DNA from: the human T2T-CHM13v2.0 reference genome, Homo sapiens
Reading direction: 5' to 3' (one strand)
DNA: 64,000 bases
Assembly: GCF_009914755.1 (NCBI RefSeq)
Contig: NC_060927.1
Part shown: piece by piece, positions 30,860 through 45,640 of the stretch
How positions within the stretch are numbered: position 1 is the stretch's first letter
Layout of the letters: each line of letters begins with the position of its first letter
The notes under the pieces: generated by a model
Told to the model about the DNA's origin: nothing
Seen by the model: the letters and a program-made list of their open reading frames with translations, nothing else
Database searches by the model: none
Program-made: the position numbers and the translations under genes

Positions 30860-31280
30860 TCAATGAATATTTGTTGAGCCTCTGATCCTATTGGTCCTAG
30901 AGATACTTTGGTAAAGACAAGGCAAAACAAAATATATGTCTTCTCCCCATCCCTAAAATGGAAATATAGGAGATGACATCAGAAATGATTAATATCTAAG
31001 CAGAGAACTAAATCAGGTTCATGTGCTGCAGAATAGGATGGACTCTTCAAGGTGATGGCAATTAAGCTGACATTTGAATGATAAGGAGAAAATAGCCATA
31101 CAAAAATCGGGAGAATATTATGACAGGCAAAATAAAAAGTTAAGTAAGGAGCCATTAGATTAGAATGTGTTTAATATCTGTGACTGTCATGGTAAAACAA
31201 AAGTAGGCCCATGTATCTAGAGGTTAAGGCAATAATCCATAACAGATGGTGGGGTTCAGATCATTTAAGGGCTTTTTAGA
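30860..31280 (-). mobile_element. L2 fragment
   Basis: aatatttgttgagcc start and L2-like purine-rich body. Confidence 0.5.
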
Positions 31281-34200
31281 AAGGGGATAGGTGGGGTGGT
31301 TTTCATGAAACAAGTGGAGGAGTTCAAAAAGAAGATGTCACATACATATATATATGTGCATACATATGCTTATTTGTTTGTTTTATCTCTGAATCTGGAG
31401 TAATTTTATCCCTGAATCTGGAAAGAATTCCAGGTTGGAAATAAAGACAGTTGAGCCACTACATATACAATAGATATTTGAGTCATGTGGTTCCAGGTTT
31501 TAATCTAAAGTGTGATAAAAAGGAAACTGAAAAAAGAAAGGGACAAAGAAATGAAGTCTTCAGAGGAAGCTGAGAAATTGATCACAAACACAAAGCGCAG
31601 AAAATATTTGATGATTTTGATACGTATTTTATTTTTCAATCAGTAATTTTTAAATAAATGACAAAAATTTTTAAAAAGTCATAATGTTATCTAACTTACA
31701 TAGTGATTGCTTCTATGGAAAAGTGGGTCAGTGGTTTTGACATATATGTAAATTTATAGGAATTAACAGTATTAGTGACTTTTACTGGGCCATGGGGTTT
31801 TGCACATTTTTGAGGAGGATATTCAGAATAACTAAATATTCATTATTATTCAGTTCCTCAATATATTCAGTTATTCAATAAATAAATATTATTATTTATT
31901 TTGATTTTTAAGTTCCTGCCTAGAAAGAGTCCTTAAAATTAGAAGGCCTTCCTGAAAATTTTAATGTCCATTTATTGCTGAATTGGTTTACTTATTTTGA
32001 TGCAAGATCAAATAAGTTAAATAAATGTCAGTCATATTTTCTGATTTAATTTTGAAGTTTCTTATATTGATCAAGAAAATTGATTATTTAAGATAACAGA
32101 GAGGGGGACAAGACAGTTTTCCCAATTGTTTAGGTTAATTGTTTAGATGGCTATTTAACTCAGACATGCTAAATAAATTTCATCTAGTAAAAGTATTTTA
32201 AAATTTAAGCTGATGCTTTAAAAAATCACTTACATGTTAAAATTGGGTAGAAAAAATTAAATAACATTATGGCCAATATTTTCTAATCGAATAATTTTAA
32301 ACTAAATATCATAATTTTAGTCTTATAATAATAAGACTTGTTGAGTATTCTCCACTGGTAAAACTTCCAAGTTATTTGTGAGTGGAACCATGAAATATGT
32401 TTTCATTTGTTTTCTGTGATGCAAATTGCCACATCACTCACATATTCAAAGTGTATTTTCCCTGTGTCCAGTGTTTTAGTGTAGTTAAGAAACTCCCCAA
32501 TTTAAAGCAAATGTTCACCCTTTATAAATAAATAGACCAATTAGGAAGTCAAATTCATCATTTGAACAATATCTGAGCATGTACTACATGTCAGTTTTGG
32601 TCATATTTGATCCTAGTAGTGAGTTCACTGGATATCGTGCAATTAGTAACATCATTGATAGAGTATGAGAGAGTCAATTAAGCATGCAGTATTTGCACAC
32701 AAGCTATGTACACAAACCATGATCTTTTGGCATTGTAAAGTCTTCCATGGTATGTGGAGATGTAAGAGAACTTTCAAGTCATCTAAATTTATATTTCAAA
32801 GCATACAGAGCTCTTTTCTGTATCATCCTTGTTGCAGTTCTGCACAAGTTGTGCAGACATTGAGTGTTAGCAACTGGCAGAAAACTCACTTTTTGATAGA
32901 GTAGCCCATTCTATTGTTCAGTACCTGGACATAGCTTATGTTAATTGTATCCTCATTTTTTTGATATGATTGTAAGAGATTTTAGTTTGGTTTTAACTTT
33001 TCTTGGTTTATTTTCACATATATTGGAGTTCTCGCCTTCTGAGGAACTTAAAATGTCAATTTTAGCTCGTAACTCTCCAGAAATAGGAACTGTATCTTTC
33101 TATTTTAATCACAGTTTTAAAATATATGGAGAAGCACACAAATATTTTTATGCCTTTACAGTGTTCATTTTGTGTATAATTTTAATTTTTCTTTACTTTT
33201 TATATTTGTAAAAGGTAAGCACTGTCTTATGTATATATTTAAAAACATATTTGTATCTTTACATTTATGTCTATGTCTGTAAAGTGACTAGATGTCTAAT
33301 TCCAAGGTCTTGGAAACCAATTGTTTAAATAAAGTCCAATTTTTTTAAAAAACAAGAATTTGTGGAAATTAAAGACCAGTTTTTGCATTGGATTCCAGGC
33401 CTTACATTTTGCAAATTTGGAATCGTGCTGATTTTTTAAGTGAGGAAGCTGTACTTCCTGATTTATTGGCTACATCACTGAAGAATAGATGAACTTGTAT
33501 GTGTAACAGATTATTTTTTATTCTTAATTTTATATTTTTGAGAATTAGACCAGATTTTTAAACTCCCAAGGGTTTATACAATCATATGTCAACAGCCATA
33601 AAAGAAACCGCTCTTGCAACTATACATACATGATTTACTTATTTAGCATTCAGAGAATGTGGGGCTATTGTGCACCAAAAAGCTATAACATTTTCACAGA
33701 AAATTTAGTGTTTCTTCCTGCTGCCTACTGTAATTGATGTGATAAAAATAGCAGGCCTGAACTTCAGCCTATGTACTCAGAGGGAATTCTTCCATAGAGT
33801 TACACTGAATGAGGTTGGAGCCCAGCATATTTATCGCCATGGTAATATGAAGATATGATCATATTCCTGCCTATATTAGATTGCCAAAATGCAAGAGGCA
33901 GGACATTTGCTGCATATCCATCTGTCAACCCGTCAAGTGGCTCAGAGGTGAAACAAACATGGATGACCCAGATATTCCAGCAGCTTTTCTACTACCTACT
34001 TGGTATATCTTTGGAGAGGACAGGAAGAAGAAATGAATGGGATAATACAATATTTTAAACTGAGAATATCATAATTTATTATCTATACCAACACCTCAGT
34101 ATTAAAATTAGTAAGATGCATGATTTAGAAATGCTGATGTGGACCATGTTATTTCATGGAATACACTGGAAATTTTAGTTAGGCCTCAACTATGACTTTT

Positions 34201-37200
34201 CTAAGGATGAATTCAAGATTTTTTTAAAGTTAACAATACCTTAATGTATTTTTACAGTGTAATTTTTGCAGATAAAATTCATGAGCCTATTTGATGTAGA
34301 GACTTAAAGTTTCTTATGAATTTTTCCATAGTATTTCCACTCTCTTATCCTATTGTCCACAATATTTCTATTTATCAGTAATATATTCTCTAAAAATACT
34401 TATTTTATTATGGTGTTTCCCTGAGGGACTTTGAAAGAATAATGTTTCATATGTTATTCCAACAGCCAAATAAAATGTGAGAGATAGAAACAGTTGTTTT
34501 TTTTTTCAGTGATGAAAGATAGTTTAAAACAATGAGTACAAAGAAGCAACTGATATATTCTCAGGATGAAAAAATATCTCTAAATTTTTAAAAAATCAGT
34601 TGCATATGAAACCAATTCTATTATCACGATATTAAGATGGCAGGCATCCTTACGGGATAGTACCACATACATTGCCATATATTGCTGTTTTCTAAGTGGC
34701 CTCTCTGTTTTGTCAAAAAGCCTTTGAACTTTTATAAGTCATGGCCAAGAATTCAAAATCCTCCCAGAATTACTGGTCTTTTAAACATCTACATATATTC
34801 TCTGACAGTTGTCTTTTGCAAGAATGATCTCATCTTCTTACATGAAGTATATTCTAGCTATATGTCTGTTTGACTTGTATTATATAAAGATCATTATTCT
34901 CTAACAGAATGTCTATTAAATATTTCTTGTTTGATGACCAATACATTTTGAAATTCATCTACACAGAAATAATATTGACGATTTTGCGTGCTTGTCTATG
35001 CCTTTTTGAGAACAGGGCTTTGCAATCAAGCTCATTCTCAGGGTACCATTTATCAAAGTTCTCATGCCATTATGAATTTTTTAAAATTGGTATTCATCTG
35101 CCAATCTCAGTCATAGTATTCCAACAACAGACTTAAGAGGGAGTTCTCATTATTCTTCTTGTCTACATATGAGGAAATTGAGTGTAGGTGAGATTAAGTT
35201 GAATTCCCATGGGCTCATAGCAAGTCAACGACATATCTGTGATTCAGACCAGGCTATTTAGAAGAAGCATTTCTTTCACTAGGCAAGCTGCACTGGGTAT
35301 CACTCAAAGTATGAAAGCTGGGCTGTTACTGGGGTCCTGAAATCTGACTGGCTTCTCTAGCTTTAGTTCCCATCAACACATACTTTCTGTTTAAATGACT
35401 ATTATGTCATAATAAGATTTTATTCCCTTGAGGAGAAAAAAGGACATCAAATTTTGCTATAAAATGATGTGAATAGCTTTAAACAAACAAATCCAAGAAA
35501 AGTTAAAAGAACATTTAGAGATTTTTCAATACCCTGCAGTCAAAACATAGATCTATATCTGTAGTTGAAGAAGTTGGATTTATTGCTTGTTGCGGAAGAC
35601 AAATTCTGATGCAGAGATAGAAAGATTATATATGTTACATAGAAAATTACACAAGGAAAACAATGTGCCACCAAAGTTCAGTTCTTTGGACTCGATTAAT
35701 TAATTAATTGAAGAGATATATTACAGCCCATATTCTACATACTAAGTCCTGGTTATCTATCTGTTATATAAATATAAATGTATCATTTTGGTTTAAAATA
35801 TGAGAGAACTTTCTGATAGCTTTTATGTATAAATTTTGGCTTGGTGACTAAGACAATTAGAAAAGTTTCTGTATTTTTCCATGCCATTCTGTAACATAAA
35901 CACCCTACAACTTTTGCTCCTTCGTGTTTAATCCCTGAAACAGAGAAATCGTTGCATTACAGTCCTGCTTTCACATTAGCAAATTGTTCTCTGAGCATAT
36001 GAAATGGAAATTTAGTGGAAGACATTGATTTTAAAATGCTAATTGACTTAGAGTATCTATTAAAAAGCCCAATTAGTCAAAGACTAAACAACCTGACAAA
36101 GAAAGTAATAAAAACTACAGTAGCTGTGGGGTACTAAAGTATTTGACACTGCGATTAATTTGAACATTCACAACTCACCTCTGAAGGTATGGGTAATTAA
36201 GAATAAGCTGGGGGCAGATTTCTTTATCCTCTCACTCTAAATCATTCATGGGGCAGTTCTCATTATTTCTATTATCCCTACTTCCTGGTCCAGTACCCTT
36301 ATCTTTGTTACTGTAATCTTCACAAAGTTAAACAAATCATCATTCTAGGTTGATAGATCAATTTTTGGATATGGGGGATATGGGGGATTAAAATATCATC
36401 TACAATTAGTCTTACAAAAAAGCCATTTTTCAATGATTCTAAAAAGTGAACTAAGAGATTCTAAGAAAACTTCATCTAGAGATGTGACATCTACTATTTC
36501 TGAAATCCTGATGTAAATGATCAAAGGGCTACTAAAGTAGAGGAGAACATAAGGGAAAATATTATCCACAAAAGGCAGAACTTAAGAATTTCTTCCATGT
36601 ATAGTGCATATAGGATCAGATTGAAAGGAACAGACACATTTACCCAAAGCTGCCCTACCAGAGAAGATGGTTTCTTAACCACACGATGTAAACAGAGCAG
36701 AATTTGTCCAAGATGTTAAAATCTATAATTTCTTTTTGGCAGGATATATTTGAATAATGACACTAAAGCCATACTAAAGGAAAGACAGGCTTAAGGAAAA
36801 ATAGGCCACCTTCCTTGGAACAGCACGCTAGCATATAGGTTGCATTAGGCTTTCCAAAAGCAAATGGGACGATCTGTGATAGGAAGCGTCCCAGGTGCAA
36901 AGCATTTGGCTCAAAGGCTTTGTACTAATCAATGCTGAAAATGGCCCTATAATGTACCAAGTATGGAAGCTGGACCAAATAGAAAAAATTATTTTAATTG
37001 TATAGTAAAAGCTCTCTGCTGGCACAGTGTCTTTCTTAGATGTAAAGAAGAGATTAAGTAGAGAAATTTCAGTTCTGAGACTTATAGAGCCCAACCTCAG
37101 CTTCACTGGTGGCTGGATCACAGACCTGGTAATGGACTCATAGTAAGTAATCATCTAGCCATATAGGTCAAGAAGAAAAGGCCACAAACATGGGGAGGAG

Positions 37201-37259
37201 TTATTGATATAGTGACAAAGTCTGGTTTAATAAATCAGTGAATTTTGAGCTCTACAGTC

Positions 37260-38540
37260 AGAGGACACAGAATAGTTCCTTTTATTACCCTTGGAACATT
37301 ACCAAATTTTGATTATATTACTCTTGCACATCTAAAAACTCAATACATATGAATAATCAATCCTACAAGTCACATATTTTGAACAAAATATAATAAAACT
37401 GGAAATTAATAACATAAAATATGAAACATAGCAACTCATACACATTAAGAATTCACGTGAAAAAATTATCATAAATGACATCTTATTTAGAGTAATTAAA
37501 TTCAATAAAAGCATTACATATAATAATGTATGGGATGTAGCTAAATCTATAATCAGAATAAATAATCAGCTCTAAACAGTTGACCTATAAAATGTGAAAG
37601 AAGTATTCAACTGAAAAATGTTTGCAATTATAATAAACATAAGTAATGTTAAATAAGAAATTAATAAATATGGCTGGATTGAAAAGGAAAAAAAAAACTA
37701 ATAGATAAATCCAGGAGCATGATGTATTAGAAAAGATAAAATTAATAAATATATCTAGGAGCTTTAAAATGGCCAATATAAAACACACAAACAAAATGTT
37801 ATTTGAAGATTGAGAATGAGAAACAGTTTAAAATCTTTAATAAATAAATGATGAAAAAAAATTTAAGAAATATAATTTCTACTTCTGGTACTATGGCAGG
37901 CCAGATATCCCTAAAGTTCTTTGCTCAAAATACATCTAGATTCTGTATACATTTTAACACTCTTCTAGACTTTCTGGAAAGTAATGGAAATGACATTAAG
38001 TAATGTCATTAATGTTTTACTTAAAAATAAATTAACAAGAAAAATAAGGCAGTGTTCACAAACTGAAAGGGAATAGAAAAAAGGTTCCAAATGTATATCA
38101 AAATGATTGAAAATTAGTTTTCTTTACAACATTGACAGAGATTGATTTACTTCTTTCCCAATTTGATTTTCAATCATTTATCAGCAATGTATAATGGTCT
38201 TTCCTCCTTCTTGTTTCTTTTGCATTCATTGGTGGTAAATATCTTCATTTTATAAAACTTTCATATGTCTATGAATTTTTTTCTCATTGGCTTTCTCAGA
38301 CTTTTTGTTTTTCCAGGAATTTTTAATATCCAGATGTTGTATTTCCCTAATACAAAATCATTGACCAAGAAATTATTTCCAAATTCAAAGTCATAAAGTT
38401 TTCCCTTAATGTTTTCTTCTAAAATTTGTATAGTTTTGTTATATTTGGGTCTTTGATACATTTTTAGTTAATTTTTGTATACAGTATAAGAAAATGGCCC
38501 AACTTCATTTCATTTGTTTATAGATATCAATTTTCCTAGA
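37260..38540. mobile_element. Degenerate L1M fragments (+ at ~37260-37800, - at ~38330-38540)
   Basis: aaactggaaattaataac, tatgggatgtagctaaa; ttttcttctaaaatttgtatagttt. Confidence 0.55.
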
Positions 38541-40429
38541 AAGGGAACTAATTTTTTAAGGAAATGTTTTCATAAACTATTTTGCTTCTCTATTCAACAT
38601 TCCATTTGCTAGAATTCACATGATAAATTCTCAGACAATAAAGATTTTCTATAATTTTTATTTTATAAGTTAAGAGAAAAGACAAAATATCTTTCCTAAA
38701 TTTTCATCATTTGTTTAGTCCACCATTCAACAAGAAACTCCGGTCTCCTACTTGTGATTTAGTTATGCAGAGGAGGAGGAAGTAATACAAGTGCTCTAAC
38801 TGTTTAGCGAGGCTCTCAGTTTAATGTTCATTCCTACACCTCACGTTGTATTTCTCGTTATTATTTCATTGTTTCTGGCTCACATTATTGAAGAATAGAA
38901 TATTGTCTGAGCTTTGCTCCTGGGAAGTGGTCCAAGAACAGTACTGATTTCAGAAACATGCCGATTTCTAGAGATACAAAGCGTTCAACACTTTATATAG
39001 GGTTTGAAAGTTTAATATGGTTAGATAGAAAGAAATTATGAAACTGTACATGCCGGAATTAACTTTCAACTATTATTGGAAGAATTCTCTTCCTTTTCAA
39101 CATTAAGGCTTTAATTAATTTTATTGATGCATAAAAATATTTTATTAATTATATATAATGCTTAAAAATATTATATTTAGAGATTTTTGCTTTTTTGATG
39201 CCTTTGAAATCATTAAACTGTTCCTTTTACTTTCTAAGTAATGACTTTCTATATTATGGCTGTCTTCCTCCCACAAAATTCTAATTAAAAAATAGATTTA
39301 GAGAATTACAGTACTTGAAATTCTATCGTCACCTCATTCACTGGAATTCTGTAAGACAGTTGGCTGACAGAATTTGGCCGGTTGCTTAAATATCAGATTA
39401 AGTAAATGGAAAATAAAAGCAGTAGAAACGTTTGCTTTCTTCTACATCAACTCTCCAAATGTTATGCCACTAGTGAGACCACTTTAAAAGCCGCATAAGA
39501 AATTATGTCTTAAAAATGCAAAACTGATCAAAGGCTAGAGGGATCATTACTGAAAATTCTACCCTGAAGGAAAAGGAATGGGTGGGCTTGAATAAATATA
39601 TGTGGTCAAAGCCAGAGCTGAAGACTAATGAAAGAAATAATCTTCAAAACCTACACCTTACAAAGAGGTAAGTTATATTGTAGCACATAAAGACCTTGAA
39701 AATCTGAAAAAGTAACTTACAAAGAAGTCCATAGAACTGAAGCCCTCCTCAAGTCTCCTATGATGTCCATAAATGGACTCTGCATATTGTAATGTTGTGT
39801 GTATTTTCCTTCCACCTGAACTCAATAAGGAAAATCCCAGAGGCAAGAGAGGATGCTTTTCTCCCTTATAATCCAGGATAATACAAGGGGAAAAAACTGA
39901 AATGTTTATATACCAATTTTCTATAATAAAGCTAATAATATGTCAGAAAAGTAAACATCCAGAGTTTTTTTCAAAAGGTGATGTGGAAATAATCCTTCAT
40001 GAATAGCATTAGATACAATTTTTGGTAACATTTTTAAGATAAATTATTGTTCTCAGATGAGTGTCATGCTAAAATGAAATGGGAAATTAAATCTAGTTTT
40101 AAAGGAAGGAAAGAACATGGAGTAGGAGGAAATAACTGGTGATATGAAGTGGTTCCTCTCAGCACTGAAAACAATGAATTCTGAAAGAAGATTATACAAT
40201 TGATGCTGTTGCTTCCACCTTGTGTGCTCCATTTTTTCTTCACAGTTTGATATTTGAGCATCGGGTAGCAGAGAATTATATTTCCCAAATCCTCCTAACA
40301 CCTGGTCTTCATATGTCTTATTAACTGTTAAAGAAAGATGGACTGCAGCAAAGACTAAATGGTATTTATACAGCAAAGAAAACCTGAAAGGACCAAGTAA
40401 GACTTTCATTAGTAGAAATAATGGGAATA

Positions 40430-40640
40430 ATAATAGTGAGCATTTACTTATCATTAAATGTTCTTCAGGCATTTTGCATATAATAAGAAATGTACTTATT
40501 CTCTCTGTTCTATAGATGATAAAGCTGAGGATGAGCGAGGGTGTGTAACTTATCACTTCCCACAATTGCAAAACATCAGAGACAGTATTTGAACCTAACT
40601 AGTCTGACTCTGGAGTCGAAGAGTTTAACCAGCCTACCAC
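40430..40640. mobile_element. MIR SINE
   Basis: atagatgataaagctgagg...gtatttgaacctaactagtctgactc core. Confidence 0.65.
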
Positions 40641-40739
40641 ATTAGCTGTCTCCAAACAGAGCTTTTGATTAATACACTCTGGTCCTCACAGATCTTGACA
40701 TAAGAGATTTTTACACCTACACAAAAACCACTTAAAACA

Positions 40740-41310
40740 AAATGCACTCAGCAATGTCACTCCTAGGTATATACTCAAGAAAAATGCTATATATATATAT
40801 ATATACGTATATATATATATATATATACGTATATATATATATTCCACAAAGACATATAGGCATGCACAACAGCACTATTTTTCCGAAAGCTAGAAATTAC
40901 CCAAATTGTCATCAACAAAAGAATAGGTAAATAAATTGTGGTTTATTTTCACAGTGGAATACTGTATATTGATGAGAATGAATGAACTACAGCTACATAT
41001 GACAATAGAGATGAATATCATAAAATGCTGAGCAGAAGAAGGCAGATACAAAAGAATACACCCTGCATGATTGCCTTTTTATGTAGAGATCAGAATAGAC
41101 AAAATATTGTATAATGTTAGAAATGATGATAGTGGCTATCTTTAGGATAACTAGTACCTAGAAATGAGTGCATAGTTGCTTCTCTGGGGTTCTGGTAATA
41201 TTCTGTTTATTCATCTAGATGCTGGGTACAAGACATATTTGATATTAGAAAATTCATGAAGCTGTTCTCATGTATGCATTGCATATGTCAATCAAAAGGC
41301 TTTTTAAAAG
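40740..41310 (+). mobile_element. L1ME-type 3' fragment with a (TA)n expansion at 40788-40841
   Basis: cagcaatgtcactcctaggtatatactcaag; ataaattgtggtttattttcacagtggaatact. Confidence 0.75.
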
Positions 41311-42099
41311 TACAATGCATAATCAAAGAAAAGTGTGATTATGCTTAATTTATAACCTATGAATAGATATTTTATTTGAAATTGGTACCCCCTCAGACCT
41401 GCACAGTAAACAGCCCTTATATGTAACTACATTTCCAACATCACACTTAAAAAGATATCTGTATTTGCACCCATTTTTCTCCCTACTTTTTAGAAAAAAA
41501 CAAAATTTCCTCTTAAAACATTGCCTTCAATAATAAAAATTGGAAACAAATATTCATTATTGTGGGAATGGTCAATAAAAAGACATGCATATTAAAAAGC
41601 CATTAAAAAGCAGCCACTAATAAGAATGTGGTACAAATGCACACTCACCTGCAAAGATACCAATGATGTGTCCTTTTTCTAGTCTAAATTGCATAATAAT
41701 ATGTACATAATGATTTATTTTTTGTAAAAACAAAATGTATACATATATGTATACATGCATGTTTGTAAATGCACTATTAAAATATAGAAAATCAAATTAA
41801 TATATAGCAAACTGTTAGTGGTATGTGGAGGAAGGTAGGCTTGGGGTTGTTTGGGGTAGAATTGGAGGATTCATATTGAGAGATTAAAGTCTAAAGATGT
41901 TAACTTACCGTTTTTTAAAACTTTTTAAAATTTAGACTCTTTTTGCTGTTTTGTGTTTTCAACAGTTTAAAAACATTTTAAAATGAAAAATAATTGACTT
42001 TTTAATAACCTCTTAGGTTTTCTGGAGATTTTCTTTCTTAATATTTCCTATCCTGCTCCCCCGATATTTTTACTTTTCTTCTCCCCTCGTTTCTTTCCC

Positions 42100-43330
42100 T
42101 CAGTTTAAAAACCACATTCAGGTCTTCTCCCAAATAAAAAGAAAAAAATAAATATCCATCAATTACAAATGACCTCTTAGCAAACTATCTCATATCTTTC
42201 CTCCCATTTATAGTCAGGTTTTCTTTTCTCTTCTATGATTTAACCCCTTGAAATTAGGCTTCTACCTCTGACTTTTGATTACACTATCTCTGACAAAGTT
42301 CATCAATGACCTCTCACCCTCTTAATTAATCCAGTGGACTATTTCCATATTCACATTATTTAGATTTAATGGCCCTTGACAATAGTGCCCCTTCCATTCT
42401 CTGAAAGCCCGTCCTCAGGTTTTGAGTTAGCAATCTCTTCCAATCTTCTTCCTACTTCTCTAATGATTCCTTGTAAGTCATCTTTGTGGACTCACTTCTT
42501 CCAGCTCTTTAAATGATGGTGAATCAAAGGACCTTGTTCTCAGCCTATTTGGCTCATACTTTACACAATCTCAGAATACAGAAAAGACACTTTCGACTTC
42601 CATCACTATATGCTCATGAAGCCCAAGTCAATGAGTCCAGACATGAAGTGCAAGACCTCTGTGAGGAAGCACTCACTGGATATTGTCATGTGGATTTCTC
42701 CTACATAGGTCAGAAAGAACATGTCTCAGGTTACCCTGCTTCTCTCCTTTAATCGCTAGCTCAGTTACTACCACAGGCTCACTGGGTTTCTTAGCAAGGA
42801 ATCTGGGTGTCTGTCTTAAATTTAGCATTTACTCATTTTACCTCCACGTCTTATTTATTAACAAGTCCCACAGATTCTAATCATAACAAGTTTTGTGTAA
42901 CGTATTATGTTACACATATGCATTTGTTACTCATATGCATTTGTTACTCATATGCATTTGTTACACACGTGCATTTCCACTGTGGGTGTTTTGATTCAAA
43001 CTTGCATCACGTCTCATTGAGACTACCGCTCTGACCTCTGACTCACCTTGTCTACTTGTTTTCATCATCCATCTGTACACTGCTGCTGATCTTCCTTATA
43101 ACGAGACCTGCTCTCATTACTGCCAATAATTGAATACTTACAATGGTTCCCATTGTGTACAGACTATCCCACCAACCATTTTTGCCTTATATTTTGCCAT
43201 GTCTTTCTTCTTCACATACCTATAACTGGCGGCAAGCCCAGCTAATTACAGCTACTTTAATGTACCATGTACCTCTGTGCATTTGTCCACTGGACAAAGA
43301 AAACTCACCTTTTCTATTTACTTAGTTCCC
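42100..43330 (+). mobile_element. L2 LINE fragment
   Basis: CT-rich L2-like body (tcaatgacctc...aatccagtggac); boundaries approximate. Confidence 0.6.
42908..42975. repeat. 17-bp tandem repeat x4 (tgttac[a/t]catatgcatt)
   Basis: Units start at 42908, 42925, 42942 and 42959. Confidence 0.95.
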
Positions 43331-45179
43331 TGGCATCTTTTGAACAGGTTTTCAAAGACTCTACTGGGAAAAATTATATAATTGCTTTGTGTATCCCTGA
43401 TATCCTAAGACTAACTCCAGAATTCTAAATTCCCAAACAAGCAAATATCATCATCCAAGCACACCAGTTTGCATTTTACACAATCTGCTTCTAAGGCAAC
43501 TAAATGCTTAAGATGGCAAATCTCATCTCTGCTATGTGGTTGGACATCTTTGTTCATTTATATGCTAATTCAAATGGAAAGCAATACGTTGTAACGATGA
43601 TGGTTATTCCAGAAGACTGTGTGCCTAATACCTTTTTAACACATAATTTAATATTATAATTCAGGGACCAGCAGTAAAACTTGATTCCTTCTGTTGTTTT
43701 GCAAATCTTTTGATTATTTCCTTAAGGAAACAGTGTCAAACAGTGACTTCTCAGTTGAAGGGGCAACAAGGTCTTACAATCTGTTCTGGCTCATTGGGCT
43801 TCTTAGCTATACACACAAATGTTGAACAAAGTGAAATGACTATGTAAAACAAGAAAAAAAATGAATGATGGAATATAAAGTGGAATTCTGCTCACACATC
43901 ATAGAGCATAGTTTTCATAAGTGAAAGAACCACTCTTTAATTATAAGGCTCACTAAAAGAGTAATTATTTTGGCTTCAAAGAATGTTTTAATAAAAATCC
44001 ATAATCAAAGCATTTAATTAGTAATTCTTCATAGCAACAATGGACTGATATCCTTATGACATTACTTTATAAACATTAAATTGATTTTAAAACCCTGCCT
44101 GTGTAGATAGTGACTTTCATTATTGCCATTGACTAAATAGACACTAGATACTAAAAATTTGAAGTGCCTATGAATACCAGTTACTTACAATGGATGAAAG
44201 ACAAAGATTAACTTATATTTTTTAGTCTGTCTGTGTTTCATAGAGTAGAACTAAATAAATGTAACTTTGTATTTCAGCATTTTTTTACTTTCATGTTTGC
44301 CAAAATTTCAGACAGTTTAAGTGGCAGCATTCTAATTTTAAATGATTTCCTGTCCTCTAGTCCACATTCACCATCAACATTATTAGAGATGATCTTTAAA
44401 AGTAGCTAGAAGTAATCTATATTGACCAGCCATCACACAGTGATAGCACCACTTAGCCATCTCATTCACAGGGCACCTATGTTATATTCCCTTGTTCTAT
44501 AGTTATTAACTGTGATTTATTTCTCCAACATAAGTGTAAATTCCTAAAGGGTATGGATTATGTCTCATATATCTTGATACTCCCAAAGCAACTAGTATAA
44601 AACCCTGCACATAGCAGGTACAGTGTAAATGTTTGTTAATTTATCGCCTGGGATACAGAAATAATTAGAGTAATAGGGCTTTTTTTTTTTGAAGAGCTGA
44701 ACTTTAATTATTACAGAAGAGGAAGAAGATGTTTAAAATGGTTGGGGAATGGAAACAAAAAAATGAAAAGCAAAAGCTACAATCTAGATTGCAGGGCATG
44801 TAATCATGTTGCTTTGAGTGAACAAAACTTGTGCTGTGCATATGGTTTAAAAAGACAACACCGCAGAATACAAGAGACTCCATCGTGGAAACTCTTAACT
44901 AATCTTTGAAGTTCTATATAGTGATTTTAGAAAGTGCTGCAAAAGAAGAATCAGTAGGCATATACAACTCTAGATATGAGTGAAGGTGAAAGCATTCAAA
45001 AATTGCATCCAGATTTTAACTATAAAAGCTGAAGACTCTAGATACATCAGATATAGGACACCTGAGATTATCCCAGCCCAGTTCCTATTCAGGGGCAGAC
45101 TAGCTGTCTGGAATATTGCTGAGCACAGGGTACCTCAGACAACTAAAGGGATCAAGGCCTCTTCCATATTTGAGAATCC

Positions 45180-45640
45180 TGATGTATCAGTCAGTTATGT
45201 TAGCATCAGTAAGAAAAAAATCTCAGGAGCATACAACAAGAAGCACTGTTTTCTTGCACACATGGCTGTGGATCAGCTAGGGTGGCTCTACTGAGGCTAA
45301 TCAGTCAACTTTGCTTTAGGCTGTAGATGTATGAGTATGTTGGATGGCTCTGCTCTACATGTCTCATTTTAAGCCTCTAGCTAAAGGGTCAGTGCTTACC
45401 CAGTATACTTTCCTGTTTTGGCAAAGGCAGAACAATCAGGCTAGCTCAATTGCACAAGCACATTTCAATCCTCTATTCACAACCAATAACATTCCATTGA
45501 TCAAAGCAAATCATATGACCAAGTCAAATGGCTGAGTGTGGGGAAATATACACTACTCAATATGAGGCTATGTCAAGGATACAGAAGTATAAGACTACAA
45601 CAGGGGAGTGAAGAATCAATACCAATAAATCAGTTTCTTA
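45180..45640 (-). mobile_element. Old MaLR LTR (MLT1H-J-like)
   Basis: tgtatcagtcagttatg...aacattccattgatcaaagcaaatcatatgaccaag. Confidence 0.6.

Noticed and set aside
40053-40571. 172-aa minus-strand ORF
   Set aside because: It starts within a MIR, has no recognisable domain, and its composition is typical of AT-rich non-coding DNA.
40788-40841. Self-complementary (TA)n with CG interruptions as a functional cruciform
   Set aside because: An ordinary microsatellite in an L1M, with nothing indicating function.
42908-42975. CRISPR-like array (also considered for 49315-49450 and 55400-55695)
   Set aside because: Head-to-tail repeats without unique spacers, in primate DNA with no cas genes.
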